Below, piece by piece: positions 29,686 to 39,972 of a stretch of 64,000 bases of DNA. The DNA comes from Nitrosopumilus sp. (lineage in GTDB: Archaea > Thermoproteota > Nitrososphaeria > Nitrososphaerales > Nitrosopumilaceae): contig OZ242041.1 of assembly GCA_965205215.1 (NCBI GenBank), positions 576,001 through 640,000 of the forward strand, written 5' to 3'. The notes below the pieces were generated by a model, which made no database searches, was not told where the DNA came from, and saw only the letters and a program-made list of their open reading frames with translations. Numbering within the stretch: the first letter of the stretch is position 1; each line of letters starts with the position of its first letter. Made by a program: the position numbers and the translations under genes.

Positions 29686-31071
29686 TTACGCCAAGCTTCT
29701 AGATCTGGATTTATCTGTGCCTATGTTTAGATTTGCAGAATCCCCACATGCGGTGAGTTGTCTATACGTGCATTTTTTTATGCAATTGAATTGTTTTGGA
29801 ATGATCTCGCCACTGGCATAATCATATGTCTGTTGTTTCATGTCTCCAACTCTAGCTATGTTTGTCACCATTTCTACAAACTGAATTGTTTCCATACTCG
29901 CAAGGCCTAAAGAGAATGGAATTATGTTATATCTAGTGTTTTTACCTGATGCTTCTTGTTTCCTGATGTATTCTGGGTCATCAAACATTCCCTGTCTATC
30001 TCTTTCTATTTGTTCTAATCGCAACTCACCTGAGCAGTCTAGACACGCCCGTTCAACTCCTATGGTTTGAGCCCTGTAAACACCGTGTTGCATTTTATCA
30101 TCTGCGAAATCAAAACTAATCCCGCCATTAATTACTGGGATTAGACTAGAGTATGCAATCTGATTTAACACAAGTCGTGGCCATGGTCTGTCTACACAGC
30201 AAAATATAACATCACAGTCGAGTGCTTCTTTCATCCCCGCTTTTTCTACTATGGAGTTGTTTGATGTTGTGCATGCAAAACGTTTGGACGTGGCTACTTT
30301 TATTACGTTTTTTCTTACAGCATCTTTCTTCAACATTCCTACATTTGTTTTGTCAGCACCGATCATTCTGTCAAGATTGTGAATCTCAACACTGTCATAG
30401 TCCATCAAGAAAATTGTTCCTATTCCCATTCTGGCTAGAATCTCGCTTACTGCCGATCCGACGCTGCCAACTCCTATGATGCCAACTTTCATTCGCGCTA
30501 GGTTGTTTTGGGTGTTATTGCCCCACAGACTAACAGTTCTCACCTGCATTGGATTTAAATCAGTTTGTGACGTCACTGGAGGATTAAAGTCAATGGCAAG
30601 GTTCTTGCCCACAATTCTAACGGATTGGCACCACCTAATCTTAAAGGGTTTTGGATATATCCTGCCACTCCATACCTTGTCTCCAGAGAGTGTTATGCCT
30701 ACGAATGGCTGCCCTGTTATCCCAAACACTTCTTTAGCAAGTATGTCTTGCTCCGAATGCAGATCTACTTTTGAGACGTGTTGAATTCCTACTCCAAAAG
30801 GATGCGTATGGATCATGGCAAGTCCAGCACCTTTCATTACCGCAAATTCTTCACATCTTTTTACATATGAGGGCTGTGCAGACACTGTTCCATGCTTTTT
30901 GCGCTCATTTTTTTCTGGATAGATTGCTTCGTTTAACAGAATATTGCATCTTTGGGAGCCCTGAGACGGTTGCCATGTTACAAAACATACCTCTTCTTCT
31001 GTAGCGTCTTTTAGCAAAAAAGCCTGCATATGTCGACTTAGTGTTTCCGTCATAGCTATGCTATAATCCAT
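29686..31071 (-). CDS. JAB/MPN peptidase-E1 (ThiF) fusion
   Basis: JAB: E...IHTHP...S..D. E1: GVGSVGS, NLDR, CCVDRPWPR, CLDC, C-terminal C..C. Confidence 0.85.
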   Translation of the reverse strand: MDYSIAMTETLSRHMQAFLLKDATEEEVCFVTWQPSQGSQRCNILLNEAIYPEKNERKKHGTVSAQPSYVKRCEEFAVMKGAGLAMIHTHPFGVGIQHVSKVDLHSEQDILAKEVFGITGQPFVGITLSGDKVWSGRIYPKPFKIRWCQSVRIVGKNLAIDFNPPVTSQTDLNPMQVRTVSLWGNNTQNNLARMKVGIIGVGSVGSAVSEILARMGIGTIFLMDYDSVEIHNLDRMIGADKTNVGMLKKDAVRKNVIKVATSKRFACTTSNNSIVEKAGMKEALDCDVIFCCVDRPWPRLVLNQIAYSSLIPVINGGISFDFADDKMQHGVYRAQTIGVERACLDCSGELRLEQIERDRQGMFDDPEYIRKQEASGKNTRYNIIPFSLGLASMETIQFVEMVTNIARVGDMKQQTYDYASGEIIPKQFNCIKKCTYRQLTACGDSANLNIGTDKSRSRSLA

Positions 31072-31072
31072 T

Positions 31073-31435
31073 TCAATCCAGCTCCAGGCATCTGTTTATC
31101 TGATCCATATAGTATCTCGGAGTTCGTTGTTCTGGATCATCCCACCGTATCTCTCTGCTCCAGAACTCCCAATCTGAACCTAGATCACTGGTGTTACGAC
31201 TGGGAATCTCATCTGAGAACCCATGATTGCATCTTACGTGAAACCCATACGGTGGAACATTTGGAAAATCGCTAGGAATCGGCAAGCCTATGCCTATGAC
31301 TCGGCCGGAATACTTTCCATGTGGTATTTTGTATTCATGTATAACAAATATTGTCATATTGCTTATGGATTTTTCAACATAGTTCATACCTAGTTCTTTT
31401 AAAAATTTAGAAAAAATAAGGTTGGAGGTGCTCAT
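31073..31435 (-). CDS. Prokaryotic E2-like protein (family E / BubB-like)
   Basis: IP.G.Y, IPSDFPNVPPYGF, WEFWSR..W; coupled to the Ubl by an ATGA overlap. Confidence 0.75.
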   Translation of the reverse strand: MSTSNLIFSKFLKELGMNYVEKSISNMTIFVIHEYKIPHGKYSGRVIGIGLPIPSDFPNVPPYGFHVRCNHGFSDEIPSRNTSDLGSDWEFWSREIRWDDPEQRTPRYYMDQINRCLELD

Positions 31436-31665
31436 GCGTTGTTTACAGCTCCTGTGTACCTTACGGTGAAGCAGTCTCCATCCTTCAGATCGATGATCTC
31501 TTTTGGATCGTCGTATGTTTTCTCCAAGGAATTTGTCTTGCAATCTCTTTTTTGCACCTCGTAATCATCGATTTTGCGCTTGGCAAGTCTGATGATATCT
31601 TCAACAGAGATCTTGTCGTCTTCGATCTTGAACTCTTCCTTGTCGATCGTTATGTCTTTAGTCAT
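31432..31665 (-). CDS. Ubiquitin-like (multi-ubiquitin-type beta-grasp) protein
   Basis: 77 aa, ITIDKEEFKI...ISVEDIIRLA...Y.V...IDLKDGDCF; first gene of the E2/E1 operon. Confidence 0.75.
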   Translation of the reverse strand: MTKDITIDKEEFKIEDDKISVEDIIRLAKRKIDDYEVQKRDCKTNSLEKTYDDPKEIIDLKDGDCFTVRYTGAVNNA

Positions 31666-31742
31666 GTCGGGACTATTCGTTCTATGATTATAAAGTCATT
31701 TTTCTCTAATAGTGGAAAACGCATCTAGAGTATTTTTTAGAT

Positions 31743-31782
31743 CGTGCCTGATTTTTTGGTAAATATAGTATAATCAGGCACG
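31743..31782. promoter_or_regulatory. Operator-like inverted repeat between the Ubl operon and the divergent wHTH gene
   Basis: cgtgcctgatt-N18 (AT-rich)-aatcaggcacg, perfect 11-bp arms. Confidence 0.65.
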
Positions 31783-31880
31783 TTCGGACGCAGCGCATGA
31801 ACAAATGTCATCTAGATCAAGTACGAACAAGTACATACTTTTCTCCAAACTGAGAAAAATACCTTAAAACCCAGATCGCC

Positions 31881-32390
31881 ATGATTATTAGTATGGGTGC
31901 TTGCGTCGTTTTGATGGATACGAAGCCGGGATGGTCAGACACATATACTCGACTTCTCTCTAAGTATGGCGGTAGTTTGCTGGCGATAGGGCTTGGCAGC
32001 ACCGATACTGCGGTATGCATATTTTTGTTTGTCCAAAAATGGGTAGAGCAAAAACCGCCATTTTCAGCACATAAGATCTTCCAAGTGCTTAGATCGCTTG
32101 TTAGTATATTGCCCAATGAGTTTCAAGCACAACATACTGAAAAAAATGTTAGACAGGCACTTGAGAATCTAGTTGCGAGAGGTTTCGTAACCCGCTGCGA
32201 TGGCACAGATGTAAAAACACCCTCTGGCAGGCCACCTGCTGCCCGTTATGAAATCAACAGTATGTCAGATGTTCGTAAAGGAATCCGTCAGAAGCTTAGA
32301 AATTATGAAGCTGCTGTTTTAAGCGCTATTGAACCATTGGAGGAATATGAAGAGGGAGCTGGATTGCGACGCAATAACGGTGAAAAATAA
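31881..32390 (+). CDS. Winged-helix (TrmB-like) regulator
   Basis: NVRQALENLVARGFV...SGRPPAARY wing motif. Confidence 0.65.
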   Translation: MIISMGACVVLMDTKPGWSDTYTRLLSKYGGSLLAIGLGSTDTAVCIFLFVQKWVEQKPPFSAHKIFQVLRSLVSILPNEFQAQHTEKNVRQALENLVARGFVTRCDGTDVKTPSGRPPAARYEINSMSDVRKGIRQKLRNYEAAVLSAIEPLEEYEEGAGLRRNNGEK

Positions 32391-32393
32391 TTG

Positions 32394-32822
32394 ATGAATG
32401 AATTGTTCATCATATTTGAAATTATATCGAATTTTAACGATGGACTTAGAGGCAAAACAAGACTTCAAAAATTGGTGTTTCTTACACAAACTCAGTGCGC
32501 TGTCCCTCTTAACTATGATTTTGAGCCTGCTCCCTTAGGACCGCTTTCTAGTGCCGTGAATCGTTACGTTTCTAATCTTGAGGAGTTAGAACTTGTCGAA
32601 GAGAGCATCGAAAAAACACCATCTGGTAATAATGTTTTTTGCTACACTTTGACTGAATTTGGAAAAACAATTTTGCATGCAGAAAAAATGCATAGAGATG
32701 CAGAAGATATTGAAGATGCAGTTGCATGTGTTTGTCGCGAATACGGAGACATGTCATATGTGAACTTGCTAAATTATGTCCATGAAAAATATCCAGCTTA
32801 TCACATTAAAGGAATAATGTGA
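32394..32822 (+). CDS. YwgA/DUF4065 (Panacea/SocA-like) protein
   Basis: GKTRLQKLVFL...YDF.P..LGPLS, YTLTEFG, LLNYVHEKYP. Confidence 0.75.
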   Translation: MNELFIIFEIISNFNDGLRGKTRLQKLVFLTQTQCAVPLNYDFEPAPLGPLSSAVNRYVSNLEELELVEESIEKTPSGNNVFCYTLTEFGKTILHAEKMHRDAEDIEDAVACVCREYGDMSYVNLLNYVHEKYPAYHIKGIM

Positions 32823-33109
32823 CTGGATTGAAAAGTTATCGTGACCTGAAATGTGCTGGAAAATGAGTGACCTACAGACGGGATCTGATCTTCCTTGGCA
32901 AGTGTCAACGGACTACTGCCGCTTGACAGATTCGAGTTTTGTACGTTATCGTGTAAACGGGCACAAGATCGCATGCCCGCCACCGTTGTGCCCTTAGTGA
33001 TGCGACTCGTTTCACATCAGCTAGTATGGGATACCATGTGGTAAATACTTTGAGTCTGTAACTCTGTCTCTTAATTCGTCCTGCGCACGTTGACAGAGAC
33101 CGCCTCGAT

Positions 33110-33718
33110 CTACTCCTTGTATCTCCGGTAGAGATCCCACGCGAGGGCTTCTAAGGCCTGCCATACGTCGTCCTGCAGGTCATTCTTGAGCTGGTCAAGC
33201 AGGCGCCGCACAGTCTTTAACGTGCTGGTGTCCACGTGAAAGGACAGGTCTCCAAGATCACCAGGTTCCAGCTCTGCGTCAAGCTTGCCTATCTTCTCAA
33301 AATATGCGGTAAACGTGCTCCAAGAAACCAAGTCCGGCTTCTCCTTTGCCGCCTTCTTGCATTGGTCTAGCAGACAGTCTCCCGCTACCTTGCTTGCCTT
33401 GTCGACATACGCAAAGAACAGCTTTCCTTCCTCTTTCCGGATATCTTCGATGTTGACCTTCGCCGAGTAAACCACTATCGGGGTTCGCGTAATACGAAGG
33501 CTTCTTCTCAGATCGTCGATCAACCGGTACCCTGTTTTGTCTGAGTCTTTTATCGACACGTCAGTAACTATGACATCAAAGCTGGTGTCTATCTTCTCGT
33601 CTAGCTCTTTCTGGGTCGAGCACCACGTCACCTCAAAGTCGTCTTCTAGCGAATCCTTGATCAGGTCGGCGGTGTTTTCATCGTCGTCAAACAGAAGCAG
33701 TCTGGGCTTGTCGCTCAT
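33110..33718 (-). CDS. Response regulator receiver protein
   Basis: LLFDDD, IVTD (phospho-Asp), PIVVYSA, YVDK. Confidence 0.85.
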   Translation of the reverse strand: MSDKPRLLLFDDDENTADLIKDSLEDDFEVTWCSTQKELDEKIDTSFDVIVTDVSIKDSDKTGYRLIDDLRRSLRITRTPIVVYSAKVNIEDIRKEEGKLFFAYVDKASKVAGDCLLDQCKKAAKEKPDLVSWSTFTAYFEKIGKLDAELEPGDLGDLSFHVDTSTLKTVRRLLDQLKNDLQDDVWQALEALAWDLYRRYKE

Positions 33719-33719
33719 T

Positions 33720-35942
33720 TCACTTGCCCCTCAGACTCTCAAGCGGTATGAGTATTTGAATGGTGGTTTCTCCCTCCCCGGGGCTGCTTTTTTCGTACGT
33801 GCTTGAGCTTACCTTCACGGTTCCCTTGCAGTCGTCTTCCACAATCTCCCTGACGATGGTGGTGCCCATGCCGGTGCCGTCGTCCCCGCCGGTTTTTGAT
33901 GTGGAGTAGAACGGATCAAATATTTTGTCAAAGTTGTCCTCCGGGATCCCCACGCCGTTGTCGTACACTTCTATCTTCAGGTCAAATTCGCGCTTCTCGA
34001 ACAGTATTCTTATGTGCTTCTTCTTGCGCTGGACCCTGGTTAGCGCCTTGATCGAGTTTGCCATGAGGTTTATCACTATCGACTCCCAGGATGCGCGGTT
34101 CATGTACAGGCCGTCCAAGCTTCCGGAGCCGACGCGTACCTCGACATCTATGGACGCGGACTGCAAAACGTCCCTGAACCCCTCCTTGAACCTTTCCACC
34201 GACTCCCTGAATTTTATCACCTCCCTTCCCCGTCTTGTTCCCTCCGGGCCGCTAAACAGGGAGGCAAACTCCCGTATGTATGAGTTGAGGTCGATCATGG
34301 TCGAGACGTCGTCTATCGTTTTACGTACATAGTTCTGTTTTTTGGCGTCGTCCCATGCGGGCCACTTGCCGGCCAACATTCGCTGCCTTTGGTTGATTCT
34401 GCCGATTATCTGAAGGGCCTCGTGGTGGAACGCCAAGGCGGATATTCCAAGCGAGGCCAAGTTCCGATACATCTCCAGGTTTGTCGTGACCCTGCTTATG
34501 GCCTCCGTTGTTTCCTTCGCTTGGATCTCGATCTGTTTTTTGACCTCCGCCGCCTGCTGTATCAGTATGGACTTCTCATCGTCTTTGATGTCCGCGCCCT
34601 CTACGTGGTCAAGAAAGTGCCCGAGTGTCGACTGTGCCTTTGCAATCGCCATGATTTTGGGCCTGCTTTCCTGCCGCCGATCATCATACTCCCTCCTGTA
34701 GTCCTCAAGTTCGTTTAGGATCTCTTTCACTAGTCGGTTCTTCAGGAATCTGAACGCCTCGTTCTGGATCAGCCCCTCCCTCGTAGTGGTCTCCACGATG
34801 TCCGGGTTCTTCGCCCGGGTTAGAAAGACATACCCCATGACGTTCCTGTTCCTTACATTTCCCCCCATTTGGCGCAGGTACCTCTTGTCAAGCCCTATCC
34901 AGTCGTCCCCCTTCTTCCCGTACGGCATGATCCTGACGCCGTCGTTGAAGATCTTGACTCCGCAGTTTTCTTCGAGCTGGTCGTCAAGCTCCTTTCCCCT
35001 CCTCACGGATTTGGGCGCCCACTGCCTTGCTCTACCTTCGAAAACCAAGAGGACGACTTTTGCATCCCCGCACGTCTCGCTGCCCACGTCAATGGATTTC
35101 CGGTGTTTCGCCCTGTCGCTCAGGTCTGACGCGGGTTTTCGCTCATCGTCCCCGCTCGCCCGGTGGTAGATCTGGCAGTTCACCTTCCTTCCGATGAGCT
35201 GCGCCCGGATCTCCCACGGCGCGTATTTTTCCACGACGCTCTCGATCTTGGTCCTTTTTGGATCAAACCCGTGTGGCACGATCTTTACGTCAAATGAGTT
35301 GCCATCAGACTGCCTCATGACTGCGGGCGACACGAGCGTCCCTGCATTCACCACTATGTCATCAATGTCTTTTAAGGTCCACTGGTCCTTCAGATCGGTG
35401 ATCTCGATCCTAAACCCGTGTCCACCTCCAGCATCATCCAGCGTTCTCAGCTTGTTGGGAATGGACTCGAAGTCTCTTCCGGCCACGTACTGGTTCCAGT
35501 CTATCGTAAGCTCGATTGCGCCGTGCGGATGGTCGGACTTTGCCCTTCCGGCGTATTCTCTGGGATGAGACGTGATCTTTACTGCGTTGCCCAGCCGCTG
35601 TGACGCGAACCGCCCCATTCCCTTCTCTCCAGCCACCCGCCTCCCCAGTATGGGGGAGTGCTTTTCTCGCTCCTTGTGCGACGTGGCGACCCGCATCCAC
35701 TTGTCCCTGAAGTCCTCAACCGTCATCCCTATCCCGGAATCTTCGATCACGATTTTTTTCATAGATATGCTCTCCCCCACTTGGCCGTCCGCATGAAAGT
35801 GTACGCTGCACTCTAGGGCATCCGCGTCAAAGGAGTTCTTGATCAGCTCTAGGATCGCTTGCACGTTGGAGGAGACCGACTGCTCTCCTATGTTCATGGC
35901 AAGCTTTGCGTCAAATGAGTGATACAGCTCCATCTCGGCCAT
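33720..35942 (-). CDS. MORC/GHKL ATPase-histidine kinase fusion
   Basis: N-terminal ELIKNSFDADA, DSGIGM, GEKGMGRF. C-terminal H-box AFHHE, NLMANS, DNGVGI, FDPFYST, GTGMG. Confidence 0.9.
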   Translation of the reverse strand: MAEMELYHSFDAKLAMNIGEQSVSSNVQAILELIKNSFDADALECSVHFHADGQVGESISMKKIVIEDSGIGMTVEDFRDKWMRVATSHKEREKHSPILGRRVAGEKGMGRFASQRLGNAVKITSHPREYAGRAKSDHPHGAIELTIDWNQYVAGRDFESIPNKLRTLDDAGGGHGFRIEITDLKDQWTLKDIDDIVVNAGTLVSPAVMRQSDGNSFDVKIVPHGFDPKRTKIESVVEKYAPWEIRAQLIGRKVNCQIYHRASGDDERKPASDLSDRAKHRKSIDVGSETCGDAKVVLLVFEGRARQWAPKSVRRGKELDDQLEENCGVKIFNDGVRIMPYGKKGDDWIGLDKRYLRQMGGNVRNRNVMGYVFLTRAKNPDIVETTTREGLIQNEAFRFLKNRLVKEILNELEDYRREYDDRRQESRPKIMAIAKAQSTLGHFLDHVEGADIKDDEKSILIQQAAEVKKQIEIQAKETTEAISRVTTNLEMYRNLASLGISALAFHHEALQIIGRINQRQRMLAGKWPAWDDAKKQNYVRKTIDDVSTMIDLNSYIREFASLFSGPEGTRRGREVIKFRESVERFKEGFRDVLQSASIDVEVRVGSGSLDGLYMNRASWESIVINLMANSIKALTRVQRKKKHIRILFEKREFDLKIEVYDNGVGIPEDNFDKIFDPFYSTSKTGGDDGTGMGTTIVREIVEDDCKGTVKVSSSTYEKSSPGEGETTIQILIPLESLRGK

Positions 35943-36063
35943 TTCAGATCATCCTGCCCACGTCGGGGCCGCCTGCGTCTCTGTCAACTGGCTTGCGGTT
36001 CATCACATTCGGGAATCTCTTGTGGTATTTAAAACAAAAAACCCGGACGGTTTTCTCGGATGG

Positions 36064-36750
36064 TTATCCGGTTTCCAAATATATTCGGTGGATCGTGTTT
36101 CTAAGGGGCAGGAACCCCCTGTATGACTTCCTGTCTTTGTAGATTGTGGCTTCGAGTAAATCGCCGTCTAGGAGCTGCTTCAGGCCTTGCATGACGGTTG
36201 AGAATTCGGCGTTACGATCTTCCTGGCACATCTCGATCTCGGCTATGCGCTCTATCTGCGCCATTGCAATCCCCCGTGATTGCTCCGACAGTGTTTTGGT
36301 GTTTTTGTGCTGTTTCAAGCTGGCAAGCGCCACATTCATCGGATACGAGAGGATCGACTCCTTTATGCGGAACAAGGCTACTATCTCTCTTAATTTTAGT
36401 TTGCGCCTCCGCCTATCGTACAGGCTGTCCAACTCCCTTATCTTTTCAGATATCTGGATCCTTCTGATGGCGTCGCCCAATACGGACATCTGGTCTTCCT
36501 TGACGGGTTTCACTTTGGATGTTTTTCCTTTCCCTCCACCGCGAACGTATGTCCAGTCCCTGCCCTCGCCGTCCACAATGATCTGGTAGATCTTGTCCCT
36601 GCCGGGGGGCTTTTCATCCCTCGGCCTGCTTCCAAGCCGCCTGCCCTCCCTGCGAGAGATCCTTTCAATGTCCCTGACGGACATCCCGTGCGGATGCTTG
36701 GCAACCGCGTCCCTTACCCACTTGTAATCGTCTTCGGAATACTTAGTCAC
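36064..36750 (-). CDS. Hypothetical basic protein (possible HTH)
   Basis: 228-aa ORF co-oriented upstream of the kinase; palindrome just upstream. Confidence 0.6.
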   Translation of the reverse strand: MTKYSEDDYKWVRDAVAKHPHGMSVRDIERISRREGRRLGSRPRDEKPPGRDKIYQIIVDGEGRDWTYVRGGGKGKTSKVKPVKEDQMSVLGDAIRRIQISEKIRELDSLYDRRRRKLKLREIVALFRIKESILSYPMNVALASLKQHKNTKTLSEQSRGIAMAQIERIAEIEMCQEDRNAEFSTVMQGLKQLLDGDLLEATIYKDRKSYRGFLPLRNTIHRIYLETG

Positions 36751-36786
36751 GAGCGTTTGCCGTGCGGTGCCCTATATCATAGTTAC

Positions 36787-36805
36787 CGTACGGAATTTCC
36801 GTACG
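36787..36805. promoter_or_regulatory. Perfect palindrome cgtacggaa-t-ttccgtacg in a divergent promoter region
   Basis: Directly visible; lies between starts at 36750 (-) and 36845 (+). Confidence 0.55.
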
Positions 36806-36844
36806 ATATGGGGGAGTTATAAGCGAACCTGTCACACATGCAAC

Positions 36845-37228
36845 ATGCAGGAAAGCAAAGAGACAGAGGTTCGGTCGAGGCAGGGGCGCTTCACGGTAGA
36901 AATTACCGACTTTGCCTTGAAAGGTCTTAAGAAGATCGCCAGAAGAAACAGCGGGATCAGGGATGAAGTTGATCGCATCATGAAGAGGATCTCGCGCGAT
37001 CCGGAAATTGGGCAGGAGCTTACCTCGGATCTATTCGGAATGAGGGCGATGAAATCAGCAGACGGGAAATACAGGATCGTCTACAAGCTTGAAAGCGCGA
37101 GGCACGGGGTCGTTGTGCATGCGGTCGGAGGCAGAAATCGCGTCTACGACGATCTGGCGAGGATGCTCAACAGGGTCATGCCGTATACTGGAAACAGGTT
37201 TTTTGGCAGGCGGCAAGGCAAGAAATGA
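36845..37228 (+). CDS. RelE/ParE family toxin
   Basis: VEITDFALKGLKK...P.IG.EL...L.G.R....GKYRIVY...VG.R..VY. Confidence 0.8.
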   Translation: MQESKETEVRSRQGRFTVEITDFALKGLKKIARRNSGIRDEVDRIMKRISRDPEIGQELTSDLFGMRAMKSADGKYRIVYKLESARHGVVVHAVGGRNRVYDDLARMLNRVMPYTGNRFFGRRQGKK

Positions 37229-37401
37229 TGATCAGGATCATCCCGCCCAAGATACGGCAGTGTTGCGTTAAATCTGCGCGATCCGGTCCTACCGGTTGAA
37301 TTCCAGTGTACACGTTGCCGTCTGTTCAACCAAGTCAAAAGCCACGGACTGCGAACGGGTCTCCACGACCGCATGCGGAGTCGTCTCATGCGGCTTGTCG
37401 G

Positions 37402-38421
37402 TTACAAACCCGATCGTTTCTTGGGCCGCCTCTTCGTCGGCAGAAACTCCGTCAGCACGATCCTCCGTTTGGGGCTCTTGAGCTGTGACGCGATGGCTGC
37501 GGCGACCGCCTCCACCACCGGCGGCACCACGGCGTTGCCAAACTGCCTGTATGCCTGTGCGTCGGACACCGGGATCTTAAAGTCCCCCGGGAAGCCCATC
37601 AGCCTGGCGCACTCCCTCGGTGTGAGCCTGCGCGGGTTCTTGTTTTTCTGCGCAATCAGGATCTCGGATCCGTCCTTGTAGTATCTGGCGCTGAGGGTGC
37701 GCGACACGCCGCCCCTGTCGGCTATCCCGTAGGTGAATCCGTTTCCTTTCTTCTTGCTGTTGACCGCGTGCCTCTGAAGGGTGCGCCAGAGGTTGTCCCC
37801 TAGCGTGTATTTTCCCCTCACCCTCCTGCTGAGGATGTCCCGGAACTTTGGCCCGAGGTCGGGCATGTCGGGGAATTCGAACTCGGTCGGGCTGGCAAAG
37901 CCGGCTATGAATATCCTTTCCCTGTGCTGGGGCACTACGGTCCTTGCGTCTATGACCTTGTGGTGTACGTCGTATCCCAGCCCCCTCAGGGACCTCATTA
38001 TGACCTTGAAGGTGTTGCCCCCGTCGTGCGACTTGAGGTTTTTTACGTTCTCAAGCAGGAACGCGCGAGGCCTCTTTTCCCTGATTATCCTTACCACGTC
38101 GAAGAACAGCGTTCCCTGCGTCTCGTCCTCAAAGCCGTCGGGCATGTTGAGGCTGCGCTTCTTGGACACCCCCGCTATCGAGAACGGCTGGCACGGGAAG
38201 CCGGCGACCAGCACGTCATGATCAGGTATGTCGGAGGCGTCGACCTTCGTTATGTCGCCCTCTGGGACGTCCCCAAAGTTGGCCTCGTACGTCTGCGCCG
38301 AGAACTTGTTCCATTCTGACGTATAGACGCATCTGCCCCCCGCGCGCTCGAACGCTATGCGCATGCCGCCGATCCCCGCAAACAGATCTATGAATTTGAA
38401 CGAGTTCTTGGCGCGCCGCAT
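37402..38421 (-). CDS. dcm: DNA cytosine-5 methyltransferase, Dcm/M.EcoRII-like
   Basis: [50 protein letters not shown]. Confidence 0.92.
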   Translation of the reverse strand: MRRAKNSFKFIDLFAGIGGMRIAFERAGGRCVYTSEWNKFSAQTYEANFGDVPEGDITKVDASDIPDHDVLVAGFPCQPFSIAGVSKKRSLNMPDGFEDETQGTLFFDVVRIIREKRPRAFLLENVKNLKSHDGGNTFKVIMRSLRGLGYDVHHKVIDARTVVPQHRERIFIAGFASPTEFEFPDMPDLGPKFRDILSRRVRGKYTLGDNLWRTLQRHAVNSKKKGNGFTYGIADRGGVSRTLSARYYKDGSEILIAQKNKNPRRLTPRECARLMGFPGDFKIPVSDAQAYRQFGNAVVPPVVEAVAAAIASQLKSPKRRIVLTEFLPTKRRPKKRSGL

Positions 38422-38479
38422 GTGTCGTCTGCTATATTGGGCACTACAGGGTTATTATGGATTTCTCCGGCCGTCGTGG

Positions 38480-39583
38480 TCAATCCGGCGCTCGGAATCT
38501 ATCGCGATGCAGGCCGCCGTAGCCGGATGCAATCTCCTTGACCCGGTCGGGCAGGCTGTCGGCCCTCCGGAGGCTGTTCTCGTCAAACGTGGACTCGGTA
38601 ACTTGGTCGAATGCTCCGTACGGGACGCGCACCGTCTGCGTGTCGGATCCTCCCATTCCGATTCCTCCCCGCACCAGATTCCAGGACGACTTCATCAGTA
38701 TGTCCGAGAGCATTGCGTACTTCCACTCCACGAATTTCCCATTCTCGTCAGTTTCCCGGACTATGTAGAAGGCGTCGGTGTCGTTTGGGAGGCACAGCCG
38801 TAGCAGCATCATGATCCTGCCTGCGTCTATTCCAAAGTATTCCTTGTCCCCCCGATTGTTCGTGGCCGGGAACTTTTCCTTGACCTCCACGGGAAAGACG
38901 TGTTTTTGCGACTTTGATATTATGAACGCGTCCACGTCGTAGGGGTCGTTGGTGGGTTTCTTCAGTATGGATTTCATATAGCCTATGTAAAAAAGCTCGT
39001 TAAGCAGCATCGCGCCCAGCCGGCTTTCCGGCATCTCTGCAAACAGCTTGACCAGCTCGTCGTTGTCCCATTTCTTCTTCTTGTAGACCACCCTGCCACG
39101 GCTTCCCCACGTAGAGAACAGATCCTCCCCGGGCACGATCACAAGCCTCTCGTTCTTGTAGAGCAGCATCCTCCAGTCCATTCCGGAATAGTCCCTGCGC
39201 AGGATGGCCTCCACATCAATGCTGCCGGATCTGGCAAACGCGTACGAGACGCCAACTCCGGCGTTGTCCAAGAACTCGGCCGTGGCGTAGAACGGGACGG
39301 CCCTGTGGCCCAGCATGTCCTCCGGATCCACTTCGCGGCCTTTTGTTGCGAACTGCTCCCCGTGGACGAAGGTGGCCATGCGGAACTTGTAAAAGTCCTC
39401 GGACTTTGGGCTTGTCAGCCAGCACCCGTTGGCCATCTTGCCCCGGTGCCTGCGGAACCTGCCGGAATCAAACTCCCGTACAAGGAACTCTTGTGCCAGC
39501 AGGCCGCGCGCCTTTCTTGAGTTCCACACCATCTGAAAGTAATCTATGCAACGTTGCCTCCAGTTCCCGCCGCGCCCATCCAT
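38480..39583 (-). CDS. Putative restriction endonuclease (PD-(D/E)xK)
   Basis: DVDAF...VEVKEK motif; lies between vsr and dcm. Confidence 0.6.
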   Translation of the reverse strand: MDGRGGNWRQRCIDYFQMVWNSRKARGLLAQEFLVREFDSGRFRRHRGKMANGCWLTSPKSEDFYKFRMATFVHGEQFATKGREVDPEDMLGHRAVPFYATAEFLDNAGVGVSYAFARSGSIDVEAILRRDYSGMDWRMLLYKNERLVIVPGEDLFSTWGSRGRVVYKKKKWDNDELVKLFAEMPESRLGAMLLNELFYIGYMKSILKKPTNDPYDVDAFIISKSQKHVFPVEVKEKFPATNNRGDKEYFGIDAGRIMMLLRLCLPNDTDAFYIVRETDENGKFVEWKYAMLSDILMKSSWNLVRGGIGMGGSDTQTVRVPYGAFDQVTESTFDENSLRRADSLPDRVKEIASGYGGLHRDRFRAPD

Positions 39584-39972
39584 GCCACAGTGTATGCGCG
39601 CAGGCTCGTATTTTACAGTTGGGTGATCGACTCGCTCACGTCACGCGGCCTACCGGCTGAGTCCTAGATATGACTGTGTGGTGGTCTCCAAGCGCGTACG
39701 TATGATCGTCGATCTCTGCAATGATGATCCTGTCGTTTTACAAGAACCTGTGCCTCGCGCCAGTTCCTGCCATGATCCCGTCTTGCGGTAGATATTAATC
39801 CAAAACTCTCTTGTCTAGTGTGTGGTGGAGGGAAGCACCCGGCCCAAGGGGAAAACCCACCGCATCTTTTTCGACGTATCAGTAACAATTCTTTACCCGT
39901 GACCTAGCGCCCTTGAATGTCCCCCTAACATCCTAAGTTGCCCTTATAGCATCCAGTCAGAAAGCTTTGCCA

